From assembly GCF_009914755.1 (NCBI RefSeq), contig NC_060933.1: a stretch of DNA of 64,000 nt. One strand, written 5' to 3'. Shown here piece after piece: positions 1-14,879 of this stretch. Every line of letters begins with the position of its first letter. Position 1 is the stretch's first letter. The notes under the pieces were generated by a model. That model had not been told where the DNA came from and did not search any database. It saw only the letters and a list, made by a program, of their open reading frames with translations. A program made the translations under genes and the position numbers. The DNA is from the human T2T-CHM13v2.0 reference genome, Homo sapiens.

Positions 1-3000
1 CGAATGGAATGGAATGCAATGGAATGGATTCAACTTGAATGGACTGGAGAGAATGGAATCAACACGAGTGGAATGGCATGGATCGGAATGGAATGGAATG
101 GAGTCAACAAGAGTACATGGGAATGCAATGGAATGGAATGCAATGGAATGGAATCATCCGTAATGGAATGGAAAGGAATGGAATGGAATAGAATGGAATG
201 GAATGGAATGGAATGCAATGGAATGGAATGGAATGGAATCAACTCAATTGCAATCGAATGGAATGGAATGGAAGTAACCCGAATACAATGGAATGGAATG
301 GAATGTAACGGAACGGAATGGAATGGAATGGAATGGAATGGAATGGAATGGAATGGAACGGAACGGAATGGAATGGAATGGAATGGAATGGAATGGAATC
401 AACGCGAGTGCAGGGGAATGGAATGGAATGGAATGCAATGGAATGGAACCTTCTGGAATGGAATGGAATGGAATGGAATGGAATGAAATGCAATGGATTC
501 AACTCGATTGCAATGGAATGGAATAGAATGGAATGTAATGGAATGGAATGGAATTAACCCGAATAGAATGGAATGTAATGGAATGGAACAGAATGTAACG
601 GTATGGAATGGAATGGAATAGAATTGAATGGAATGCAATGGAATGGTATGGAATGGAATGAAATGGTACGGAATAGAATGGAATGGAACGAATTGTAATG
701 GAATGGAATTGAATGGAATGGAATGCAATGGAATGGAATCAACGCGAGTGTAGGGGAATGTAATGGAACGGAATGCAATGGAATGGAATCATCCGGAATG
801 GAATGGAATGGAATGGAATGGAATGGAATGGAATGGAATCAACCCGAGTGCAATGGAATTGAGTGGAATGGAATGGAATGGAATGGAACAACCCGAATGG
901 AATGGAATGTAATGGAGAGTAAGGGAGTTGAATAGAATCAATCCAAATGTAATGGAATGGAATGTAACGGATTGGAATGGAATGGAATGGAATGGAATGC
1001 AATGGAATGGAATGGATTCAACTCGAATGGAATGGAAAGGAATGGAATCAACCCGAGAGGAATGGCATGGATTGGAATGGAATGGAATGGAATGGAATGG
1101 AACGGAATGGAATGGAATGCAATGGAATGGAATGGTACGGAATAGAATGGAATGGAACGGTATGGAATGGAATGCAATGGAATGGAATGGAATGGAATGA
1201 ACCCGAGTGCAGGGGAATGGAATGGAATGGAATGCAATGGAATGGAATCAACCCGAGTGGAAAGGAATGGAAAGGACTGGAATGGAATGGAATCTAATGG
1301 AATGGAATGGAATGGAATGGAATAAACCCTAGTGCAATGGAATGGAGAGGAGTGGAATGGAATGGAATGGAAACTATCCGAATGGAATGGAATGTAATGG
1401 AGTGTAAGGGAATTGAATAGAATCAATCCGAATGTAATGGAATGGAATGGAACGGAATGGAATGGAATGGAATGGAATGGAATGCAATGGAATGGAATCA
1501 ACCCGAGTGCAATCGAATGGAATCGAATGGAATGGAATGCAATGGAATGGAATGGTATCAACCCGAGTGCAATGGAATGGAGAGGAATGGAATGGAATGG
1601 AATGGAAACTACTCGAATGGAATGGAATGTAATGGAGTGTAAGGGAATTGAATAGAATGAATCCGAATGTAATGGAATGGAATGGAACGGAATGGAATGG
1701 AATAGAATGGAATGGAATGGAATGGAATGGAATGCAATGGAATGGAATCAACCCGAGTGCAATCGAATGGAATCCAATGGAATGGAATGCAATGGAATGG
1801 ATTCAACTTGAATGGAATGGAAAGAATGGAATCAACACGAGTGGAATGGCATGGAATGGAATGGAATGGAATGGAATCAACCCGAGTACAGGGGAATGGA
1901 ATGGAATGGAATGCAATGGAATGGAATCATCCGTAATGTAATGGAAAGGAATGGAATAGAATGGAATGGAATGGAATGGAATGGAATGGAATGGAATCAA
2001 CTCGATTGCAATCGAATGGAATGGAATGGAATTAACCCGAATAGAATGGAATGGAATGGAATGGAACAGAACTGAACGGAACGGAATGGAATGGAATGGA
2101 ATGGAATGGAACGGAAGGGAATGGAATGGAATGGAATGGAATGGAATGGAATGGAATGGAATGGAATAAACGCGAGTGCAGGGTAATGGAATGGAATGGA
2201 ATGCAATGGAATGGAATCTTCCGGAATGGAATGGAATGGAATGGAATGCAATGGAATGGAATCTTCCGGAATGGAATGGAATGGAATGGAATGGAATGGA
2301 ATGCAATGGATTCAACTCGATTGCAATGGAATGGAATAGAATGGAATGGAATGGAATGGAATGGAATTAACCCGAATAGAATGGAATGGAATGGAATGGA
2401 ACGGAACGGAATGGAATGGAATGGAGTGGAATGGAAATTAAAGGAATGGAATGGAATGGAATGGAATGGAATCAACGCGAGTGCAGGGGAATGGAACGGA
2501 ATCGAATGGAATGGAATGGAATGGAATGGAATCAACCCGAGTGCAATGGAATGGAGAGGAATGGAATGGAATAGAATGGAAACTACCCGAATGGAATGGA
2601 ATGCAATGGAGTGTAAGGGAATTGAATAGAATCAATCAGAATGTAATGGAATGGAATGGAACGGAATGGAATGGAATGGAATGGAATGGAATGGAATGGA
2701 ATGCAATGGAATGGCATCAACCCGAGTGCAATCGAATGGAATCGAATGGAATGGAATGCAATGGAATGGAATGGAATCAACCCGAGTGCAATGGAATGGA
2801 GAGGAATGGAATGGAATGGAATGGAAACTACCCGAATGGAATGGAATGTAATGGGGTGTAAGGGAATTGAATAGAATCAATCCGAAAGTAACGTAATGGA
2901 ATGGAACGGAATGGAATGGAATGGAATGGAATGGAATGGAATCAACCCGAGTACAGGGGAATGGAATGGAATGGAATGCAATGGAATGGAATCATCCGTA

Positions 3001-5500
3001 ATGTAATGGAAGGGAATGGAATGGAATGGAATGGAATCAACTCGATTGCAATCGAATGGAATGGAATGGAATTAACCCGAATAGAATGGAATGGAATGGA
3101 ATGGAACAGAACGGAACGGAATGGAATGGAATGGAACGGAATGGAATGGAACGGAACGGAATGGAATGGAATGGAATGGAATTGAAGGGAATAAACGCGA
3201 GTGCAGGGGAATGGAATGGAATGGAAAGCAATCGAATGGAATCTTCCGGAATGGAATTGAATGGAATGGAATGGAATGGAATGGAATGCTAATGGATTCA
3301 ACTCGATTGCAATGGAATGGAATAGAATGGAATGGAATGGAATGGAATGGAATTAACCCGAATAGAATGGAATGGAAAGGAATGGAACGGAACGGAACGG
3401 AACGGAACGGAATGGAATGGAATGGAAAGGAATGGAATGGAATTGTATGGAATGGAATGGAATGGTACGGAATAGAATGGAATGGAAAGAATTGGAATGG
3501 AATGGAATGGAATGGAATGGAATCAACTCGATTGCAATTGAATGGAATGGAATGGAATTAACCCGAATAGAATGGAATGGAATGGAATGGAACGGAAAGG
3601 AATGGAATGGAATGGAATGGAACGGAACGGAATGGAATGGAATGGAATGGAATGGAATGGAATGGAATCCACCCGAGTGCAGGGGAATGGAATGGAATGG
3701 AATGCAATGGAATGGAATCATCCGGAATGGAATGGATTGGAATGGAATGGAAACAACCCGAATGGAATGGAATGTAATGGAGTGTTAGGGAATTGAATAG
3801 AGTCAATCTGAATGTAATGAAATGGAATGGAACGGAATGGAATGGAATGGAATGGAATGGTACGGAATGGAATGGAATGGAACGAAATGGAATGGAATGG
3901 AATGGAATGGAATGGAATGGAATGGAATGGAATCGTTCCGAGTGGAATAGGAGGGAATGTATTCGAGTGGAATGGAAAGGAATGGAATCAACCAGAGTGG
4001 AATGGAAGGGAATGGAATGGAATGGAAACTAATAGAATGGAATCAACCCGAGTGGAATGGAATGGAAAGGACTGGAATGGAATGGAATGGAATGGAATGG
4101 AATGGAATCAACTCGATTGTAATGGAATGGAATGGAATGGAACGGAACGGAACGGAACGGAACGGAATGGAATGGAATGCAATGGAATGGAAAGGAATGG
4201 AATCAACGCGAGTGCAGGGGAATGGAATGGAATGGAATGCAATGGAATGGAATCTTCCGGAATGGAATGGAATGGAATGGAACAGAATGAAATGGAATGG
4301 AATGGAATGGAATCAACCCGAGTACAGGGGAATGGAATGGAATGTAATGCAATGGAATGGAATCATCCGTAATGGAATGGAAAGGAGTGGAATGGAATGG
4401 AATGGAATGGAATGGAATGGAATGCAATGGATTCAACTCGATTCCAATGGAATGGAATAGAATGAAATGGAATGGAATGGAATGGAATTAACCCGAATAG
4501 AATGGAATGGAATGGTATGGAACGGAACGGAACGGAACGGAACGGAATGGAATGGAATGGAATGGAATGGAATGGAATTGTGTGGAATGGAATGGAATGG
4601 TACGGAATAGAATGGAATGGAAAGAATTGGAATGGAATGGAATCGAATGGAATGGAATGGAATGCAATGGAATGGAATCAACCCGAGTGCAACCGAATGG
4701 AATCGAATGGAATGGAATGCAATGGAATGGATTCAACTTTAATGGAATGGAAAGAATGGAATCAACACGAGTGGAATGGCATGGATTGGAATGGTATGGA
4801 ATGGAATCAACACGAGTACATGGGGAATGGAATGGAATGGAATGCAATGGAATGGAATCATCCGTAATGGAATGGAAAGGAATGGAATGGAATGGAATGG
4901 AATGGAATAGAATGGAATGGAATCAACTCGATTGCAGTCGAATGGAATGGAATGGAATTAACCCGAATAGAATGGAATGGAATGGAATGGAACGGAACGG
5001 AATGGAATGGAATGGAGTGGAATGGAAATTAAAGGAATGGAATGGAATGGAATGGAATGGAATGGAATGGAATGGAATGGAATCAACGCGAGTGCGGGGG
5101 AATGGAATGGAATCGAATGGAATGGAATGGAATGGAATGGAATCAACCCGAGTGCAATGGAATGGAGAGGAATGGAATGGAATAGAATGGAAACTACCCG
5201 AACGGAATGGAATGTAATGGAGTGTAAGGGAATTGAATAGAATCAATCCGAATGTAATGGAATGGAATGGAACGGAATGGAATGGAATGGAATGGAATGG
5301 AATGGAATGGCATCAACCCGAGTGCAGTCGAATGGAATCGAATGGAATGGAATGGAATGCAATGGAATGCAATGGATTCAACTCGAATGGAATTGAAAGG
5401 AATGGAATCAACACGAGTGGAATGGCATGGAATGGAATGGAATGGAACGGAGTGGAATGGTACGGAATAGAATGGAATGGAACGAAACGGAATGGAATGG
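1..5500 (+). repeat. Variant domain A (left)
   Basis: Diagnostic modules are GAGAGTAAGGGAGTTG (915), ATCTTCCGG (about 2217, 2262, 3242, 4253), GGAAAGAATGGAATCAACACG, ATTGCAATCG and AGGAGGGAATGTATTCG (about 3950). The boundary is approximate. Confidence 0.7.
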
Positions 5501-8500
5501 AATGGAATGGAATGGAATGGAATGGAATGGAATGGAATCATTCCGAGTGGAATAGAAGGGAATGTATTCGAGTGGAATGGAAAGGAATGGAATCAACCAG
5601 AGTGGAATGGAATGGAATCGAATGGAATGGAAACGAATAGAATGGAATCAACCCGAGTGGAATTGAATGGAAAGGAATGGAATGGAATGGAATGGAATGG
5701 AATGGAATGGAATGGAATGGAATGGAATCAACTCGATTGCAATGGAATGGAATGGAATGGAATGGAATGGAATGAAATGGAATGGAATGGAATTAACCCG
5801 AATAGAATGGAATGGAAGGCAATGGAATGGAATGGAATGGAATGGAATGGAATGGAATGGAATCCACCCGAGTGCAGGGGAATTTAATGGAATGGAATGC
5901 AGTGGAATGGAATCATCCAGAATGGAATGGAATGGAATGGAATGGAATGGAATGGAATGCACTCGATTTCAATGGAATGGAATGGAATGGAATGGAATGG
6001 AATGGAATGAAATTAACCCGAATGGAATGGAATGGAATGGAATGGAATGGAATGGAACGGAATGGAATGGAATGGAATAGAGTGGAATCCACCCGAGTGC
6101 AGGGGTATGGAATGGAATGGAATGCAATGGAATGGACTCATACGGAATGGAATGGAATGGAATGGAATGGAATGGAATGGAATTAACCGTAATAGAATGG
6201 AATGCAATAGAATGGAATGCAATGGAAAGGAATGGAAAGGAATGGAATGGAATGGAATGGAATTAACACTAATAGAATGGAATGGAATGGAATGGAATGC
6301 AATGGACGGGAATGGAGTGGAATGGAATGGAATGGAATTAACCCGAATAGAATGGAATGGAATGGAATGGAATGGAATGGAATGGAATCAACTCGATTTC
6401 AAAGGAATGGAATGGAATGGAATGGAATGGAATGGAATGGAATGGAATGGAATGGAATGGAATGAAGTGGATTCAACCCAAATGGAATGGAAAGCAATGG
6501 AATCAACTCGAGTGGAATGGCATGGAATGGAATGGAATGGAATGGAATGGAATGGAATGGAATGGTACGGAATAGAATGGAATGGAACGAAATGGAATGG
6601 AATGGAATGGAATGTGATGTAATGGAATGGAATGGAATGGAATGAACCCGTGTGCAATGGAATGGAATCGAATGGAATGGAATGGAATGGAATGTATTCA
6701 ACTCGAATGGAATGGAAAGGAATGGAATCAACCCGAGTGGAATGGAATGGAATGGAATGGAATGGAATGGAATGGAATGGAATCAACCCGAGTGCAATGG
6801 AATGGAATGGAATGGAATGCAATGGAATGGAATGGAATGGAATGGAATGGAATGGAATGGAATGGTACGAAATAGAATGGAATGGAACGAAATGGAATGG
6901 AATGAAATGGTATGGAATGGAATTAAATGGAATGGAATTGAATGGAATGGAATGGAATCAACTCGATTTCAATGGAATGGAATGGAATGGAATCGAATGG
7001 AATGGAATGGAATGGAATGGAATGGAATGAAATTAACCCAAATAGAATGGAATGGAAAGGAATGGAATGGAATGGAATGGAATGGAATGGAATGGATTGG
7101 AATGGAATGGAATGGAATAGAATGGAATCCACCCGAGTGCAGGGGAATGGAATGGAATGGCATGCAATGGAATGGAATCATACGGAATGGAATGGAATGG
7201 AATGGATTCAACACGAATGGAATGGAAAGGAATGGAATCAACCCGAGTGGAATGGCATGGAATGGAATGGTATGGAATGGAATGGAATGGTATGGAATAG
7301 AATGGAATGGAAAAAAATGGAATGGAATGGAATGGAATGGAATGGAATGGAATGGAATGGAATGGAATTAACCCATGTGCAATGGAATGGAGTGGAATGG
7401 AATGGAATGGAATGGAATGGAATGGAATCAACCCAAGTGAAATGGAATGGAGTGGAATGGAATGGAATGGAATGGAAAAACACGAATGGAATGGAATGTA
7501 ATGGAGTGTAAGGGAATTGAATAAAATCAATCCGAACGTAATGGAATGGAATGGAACGGAATGGAATGGAATGGAATGGAACGGAATGCAGTGGAATGGA
7601 ATCAAACCTTGTGCAATGTAATGGAATGGAATGGAGTGGAATGGAATGGTATGGAATGGAATGGAATGGAATGGATTGGATTCAACCCAAATGGAATGGA
7701 AAGCAATGGAATCAACCCAAGTGGAATGGCATGGAATGGAATGGAATGGAATGGAATGGAATGGAATGGAATGGAAAGGAATGTAATGTAATGGAATGGT
7801 ACTGAATAGAATGGAATGGAACGAAATGGAATGGAATGGAACGGAACGGAATGGAATCAACTCGAATGCAATGGAATGTAATGGAATGGAATGGAAGGGA
7901 ATTAACGCGAATAGAATAGAATGGAATGGAATGGAACGGAATGGAATGGAATGGAATCAACCTGAGTGCAGGGGAATGGAATGGAATGGAATGCAATGGA
8001 ATGGAATGGAATGGAATTCAATGGAATCAACTCGATTGCAATGGGATGGAATGGAATGGAATGGAATGGAATGGAATGGAATGGAAGGGAATGGAATGGA
8101 ATGGAATTAACCTGAACAGAATGGAATGGAATGGAATGGAACGGAATGGAATGGAATGTCAACCCGAGTAAAGGGGAATGGAATGGAATGGAATGCAAAG
8201 GAATGGAATCATCCGGAAGTGAATGGAATGGAATGGAATGCAATGGAATGGAATCAATCAACCCGAGTACAATAGAATGCAGTGGAATGGAATGGAATGG
8301 CATGGAAACTACCCTAATGGAATGGAATGTAATGGAGTGTAAGGGAATTAAAAAGAATCAATCCGAATGTAATGGAATGGGATAGAACGGAATGGAATGG
8401 AATGGAATGGAATGGAATGGAATGGAATGGAATGGCATCGATTGGAATGGAATGGAATGGAATGGAATGAAATGGAATGGAATGGAATGGAATGGAATCA

Positions 8501-11500
8501 ACCCGAGTGCTATATAATGGAATCAAATGGAATGGAATGGAATGGAATGGATTCAGCCCGAATGAAATGGAAAGGAATGGAATAAACCCGAGTGGAATGG
8601 CATGGTATGGAGTGGAATGGAATGGAATGGGATGGAATGGTACGGAATGGAATGGAATGGAATGAAATGGAAAGGAATGGAATAGAATGGTATGGAATGG
8701 AATGAACCCGTGTGCAATGGAATGGAATGGAATGGAATGGAATGGAATGGAGTGGATTCAACTCGAATGGAATGGAAAGGAATGGAATCAACCCGAGTGG
8801 AATGGCATGGAATGGAATGGAATGGAATGGAATGGAATGGAATGGTACGAAATAGAATGGAATGCAACGAAATGGAATTGAATGAAATGGAATGGAATGG
8901 AATGGAATGGAATGGAATGGAATGGAATGGAATGGAATCGACTCGATTTAAATGGAATGGAATGGAATGGATTGGAAAGGAATGGAATGGAATGAAATTA
9001 ACCCAAATAGAATGGAATGGAATGGAATGGAATGGAATGGAATGGAATGGAATGGAATGCAGTGGAATGGAATCAGACGTAGTGCAATGGAATGGAATGG
9101 AATTCAATCAACTCGATTGCAATGGAATGGAATGGAATGGAATGGAATGGAATGGTACGGAATAGAATAGAATGGAACGAAATGGAATGGAATGGAATGG
9201 AATGGAATGGAATGGATTCAACTCGAATGGAATGGAAAGGAATGGAATCAACCCGAGTGGAATGGCATGGAATGGAATGGAATGGAATGGAATGGAATGG
9301 AATGGAATGGTATGGAATAGAATGGAATGGAACGAAATGGAATGGAATGAAATGGAATGGAATGGAATGGAATGGAATGGAATGGAATGGAATGGAATCA
9401 ACTCGATTTCAATGGAATGGAATGGAATGGAATGGAATGGAATAGAATCACCTCGATTTCAATGGAATGGAATGGAATGGAATGGAATGGAATGGAATGG
9501 AATGGAATGGAATAGAATGGAATCCACCCGAGTGCAGGGGAATGGAATGGAATGGAATGCAATGGAATGGAATCATACGGAATGGAATGGAATGGAATGG
9601 AATGGAATGGAATGGAATGGAATGGATTCAACACGAATGGAATGGAAAGGAATGGAATCAACCCGAGTGGAATGGCAAAAATGGAATTGTATGGAATGGA
9701 ATGGAATGCTACGGAATAGAATGGAATGGAAGGAAATGGAATGGAATGGAATGGAATCAACCCGAGTGCAATGGAATGGAGTGGAATGGAATGGAATGGA
9801 ATGGAAACAACCCGAATGGAATGGAATGTAATGTAATGGAGTGTAAGGGAATTGAATACAATCAATCCGAATGTAATGGAATGGAATGGAACGGAATGGA
9901 ATGGAATGGAATGGAATGGAATTCAGTGGAATGGAATCAAACCAAGTGCAATGCAATGGAATGGAATGGAATGGAATGGAATGGAATGGATTCAACCCAA
10001 ATGGAATGGAAAGCAATGGAATCAACCCGAGTGGAATGGCATGGAATGGAGTGGAATGGAATGGAATGGAATGGAATGAAATGGAATGGAATGGTACGGA
10101 ATAGAATGGAATGGAACAAAATGGAATGGAATGGAATGGAATGGAACGGAATGGAATGGAACCATTCCGAGTGGAATAGAAGGGAATGTATTCGAGTGGA
10201 ATGGAAAGGAATGGAATTACCTAGAGTGGAATCGAAGGGAATGGAATGGAATGGAAACTAATAAAATGGAATCAACACGAGTGGAATGGAATGGTAGGGA
10301 CTTGAATGGAATGGAATGGAATGGAATGGAATGGAATCAACTCGATTGCAATGGAAGGTAATGGAATGGAATGGAATGGAATTAACGAGAATAGAATGGA
10401 ATGGAATGGAATGGAATCAACCTGAGTGCAGGGGAATGGAATGGAATGGAATGCAATGGAATGGAATGGAATGGAATGCAATGGAATCAACTCGATTGCA
10501 ATGGAATGGAATGGAATGGAATGGAATGGAATGGAATGGAATGGAATGGAAGGGAATGGAATGGAATGGAACGGAATGGAATGGAATGGAATCAACCCGA
10601 GTGCAGGGGAATGGAATGGAATGGAATGCAATGGAATGCAATCATCCGGAAAGGAATGGAATGGAATGCAATGGAATGGAATCAATCAACCCGAGTGCAA
10701 TAGAATGCAGTGGAATGGAATGGAATGAAATGGAAAGTAACCGAATGGAATGGAATGTAATGGAGATTAACGGAGTTGAATAGAATAAATCCGAATGTAA
10801 CGGAATGGAATGGAACGGAATAGAATGGAATGGAATGGAAAGGAATGGAATGGAATGGAATGCAATGGAACGGGATCAACCCGAGTGCAATGGAATGGAA
10901 TCGAAAGGAATGGAATGGAATGGAAAGTCTTCAACCCGAATGGAATGGAAGGGAATGGAATCAACACGAGTGGAATGGAATGGAATGGAATGGAATGGAA
11001 TGGAATGGAATGGAATGGAATGCAATGGAAAGGAATCAACTCGATTGCAATGAAATGGAATGGAATGGAATGGAATGGAATGGAATGGTACGGAATAGAA
11101 TGGAATGGAACGAAATGGATTGGAATGGAATGGAATGGAACGGAATGGAATGGAATCAACTCGATTGCAATGGAATGTAATGGAATGGAATGGAATGGAA
11201 TTAACGCGAATAGAATGGAATGGAATGGAATGGTACGGAATGGAATGGAATGGAATCAACCTGAGTGCAGGGGAATGGAATGGAATGGAATGCAATTGGA
11301 CGGAATGGGATGGAATGCAATGGAGTCAACTCGATTGCAATGGGATGGAATGGAATGGAATGGAATGGAAGGGAATGGAATGGAATGGAATTAACCTGAA
11401 CAGAATGGAATGGAATGGAATGGAATGCAATGGAATGGAATTTAATGGAATGGAATCAACCCGAGTGCAGGGGAATGGAATGGAATGGAATGCAATGGAA

Positions 11501-14500
11501 TGGAATCATCCGCAATGGAATGGAATGGAATTGAATGCAATGGATTGGAATCAATCAACCCGAGTGCAATAGAATGCAGTGGAATGGAATGGAATCGAAT
11601 GGAAACTACCCGAATGGAATGGAATGTAATGGAGTGTAAGGGAATTAAAAAGAATCAATCCGAATGTAATGGAATGGAATAGAACGGGATGGAATGGAAT
11701 GGAATGGAATGGAACGGAATGGAATGGAATGAAAAGGAATGGCATGGAATGGAATGGAATCAACGCGAGTGCAATGGAATGGAATAGAATGGAATGGAAT
11801 GGAATGGAATGGAATGGAATGGATTCAACCCGAATGGAATGGAAAGGAATGGAATAAACCCGAGTGGAATGGCATGGAATGGAATGGAATGGAATGGAAT
11901 GGTACGTAATAGAATGGAATGCAACGAAATGGAATGGAATGGAATGGAATGGAATGAACCCGTGTGCAATGGAATGGAGTGGAATGGAATGGAATGGAAT
12001 GGAATGGAATGCGTTCAACTCGAATGGAATGGAAAGGAATGGAATCTACCCGAGTGCAATAGCATGGAATGGAATGGAATGGAATGGAATGGAATGGAAT
12101 CAACCCGAGTGCTATGTAATGGAATCAAATGGAATGGAATGGAATGGAATGGAATGGATTCAACCCGAATGGAATAGAAAGAATGGAATAAACCTGAGTG
12201 GAATGGCATGGAATGGAGTGGAATGGAATGGAATGGAATGGAATGCTACGGAATATAATTGAATGGAACGAAATGGAATGGAAGGCAATGGTATGGAATG
12301 GAATGGAATGGAATGGAATGGAATGAACCCGTGTACAATGGAATGGAATGGAACGGAATGGAATGGAATGGAATGGATTCAACTCGAATGGAATTTAAAG
12401 GAATGGAATCAACCCGAGTGGAATGGCATGGAATGGAATGGAATGGAATGGAATGGAATGGAATGGAATGGTACGGCATAGAATGGAATTGAACGAAATG
12501 GAATGGAATGGAATGGAATGGAATGGAATGGAATGGAATGGAATGGATTGGAATGGAATGGAATGGAATGCAATTGAATGGAATGGAATGAACCCGTGTG
12601 CAATGGAATGGAATGGAATGGAATGGAATGGAATGGAATGGGTTCAACTCGAAAGGAATGGAAAGGAATGGAATCAGCACGAGTGGAATGGCATGGAATG
12701 GAATGGGATGGAATGGAATGGAATGGAATGGAATGGAATGGAATGGAATTAAATGTAATGGAATGGAAAGGAATGGAATCAACCCGATTGCAATGTAATG
12801 GAATGGAATGGAATGGAATGGAATGGAATGGAATGGATTCAACCGGAATGGAATGGAAAGGAATGAAATAAACCCGAGTGGAATGGCATGGAATGGACTG
12901 GAATGGACTGGAACGGAATGGAATGGTACGGAATAGAATGGAATGGAACGACATGGAATGGAATGGAATGGAATGGAATGGAATGGAATGGATTCAACTC
13001 GAATGGAATGTAAAGGAATGGAATCAACCCGAGTGGAATGGCATGGCATGGAATGGAATGGAATGGAATGGAATGGAATGGTACGGAATAGAATGGAATG
13101 GAACGAAATGGAATGGAATGAAATGGTATGGAATGGAATGAAATGGAATGGAATGGAATGGAATGGAATCAACTCGATTTCAATGGAATGGAATGGAATG
13201 GAATGGAATGGAATCAACTCGATTTCAATGGAATGGAATGGAATGGAATGGAATGGAATCGTACGGAATAGAAAGGAATGAAACGAAATGGAATGGAATG
13301 GAATGGAATGGAATGGAATGGAATCAACCCGAGTGCAATGGAATGGAGTGGAATGGAAAGGAATGGAATGGAAACAACCCGAATGGAATGGAATGTAATG
13401 TAGTGTAAGGGAATTGAATACAATCAATCCGAATGTAATGGAATGGAATGGAACGGAATGGAATGGAATGGAATGCAATGGAATGGAATCAGACCTAGTG
13501 CAATGGAATGGAATGGAATGGAATGCAATCAACTCGATTGCAATGGAATGTAATGGAATGGAATGGAATGGAATTAATGCGAATAGAATGGAATGGAAGG
13601 GAATGGAACGGAATGGAATGGAATGGAATGGAATCAACCTGAGTGCAGGGGAATGGAATGGAATGGAATGCAATGGAATGGAATGGAATGGAATGCAATG
13701 GAATCAACTCGATTGCAATGGAATGGAATGGAATGGAATGGAAGGGAATGGAATGGAATGGAATTAACCTGAACAGAATGGAATGGAATGGAATGGAACG
13801 AAATGGAATGGAATGGAATGGAATGTAGTCAACCCGAGTGCAGGGGAATGGAATGGAATGGAATGCAATGGAATGGAATCATCCGGAATGGAATGGAATG
13901 GAATGGAATGCAATGGAATGGAATAAATCAACCCGAGTGCAATAGAATGCAGTGGAATAGAATGGAATGGAATGGAAAGTACCTGAATGGAATGGAATGT
14001 AATGGAGTGTAAGGGAATTAAAAAGAATCAATCCGAATGCAATGGAATGGAATGGAATGGAATGGAATGAAATGGAATGGCATGGAATGGAATGGAATCA
14101 ACCCGAGTGCAATGGAATGCAATGGAATGGAATGGAATGGAATGGAATGGAATGGAATGGAATGGATTCCACCCGAATGGAATGGAAAGGAATGGAATAA
14201 ACCCGAGTGGAATGGCATGGAATGGAATGGAATGGAATGGAATGGAATGGTACGGAATAGAATGGAACGCAACGAAATAGAATGGAACGGAATGGAATGG
14301 AATGCAATGGAATTGAATGGAATGGAATGAACCCGTGTGCAATGGAATGAAATTGAATGGAATGGAATGGAATGGAATGGAATGGAATGGAATGGGTTCA
14401 ACTCGAATGGAATGGAAAGGAATGGAATCAACCAGAGTGGATTGGCATGGAATGGAATGGAATGGAATGGAATGGAATGGAATGGTACGGAATAGAATGG

Positions 14501-14879
14501 AATGGAACGAAATGGAATGGAATGGAATGGAATGGAGTGGAATGGAATGGAATGGAATGCAATGGAATGAACCCGTGTGCAATGGAATAGAATGGAATGG
14601 AAAGGAATGGAATGGATTCAACTCGAAAGGAATGGAAAGGAATGGAATCAACCCGAGTGGAATGGCATGGAATGGAATGGAATGGAATGGTACGGAATAG
14701 AATGGAATGGAAAGAAAGGAATGGAATGGAAAGGAATGGAATGGAATGGAATGGAATGGAATGGAATGGAATAAAATGGAATGGAATGGAATCAACCCGA
14801 GTGCAGGGGAATGGAATGGAATGGAAGGCAATTGAATGGAATCATCCGGAATTGAATTGAATGGAATGGAAAGGAATGG

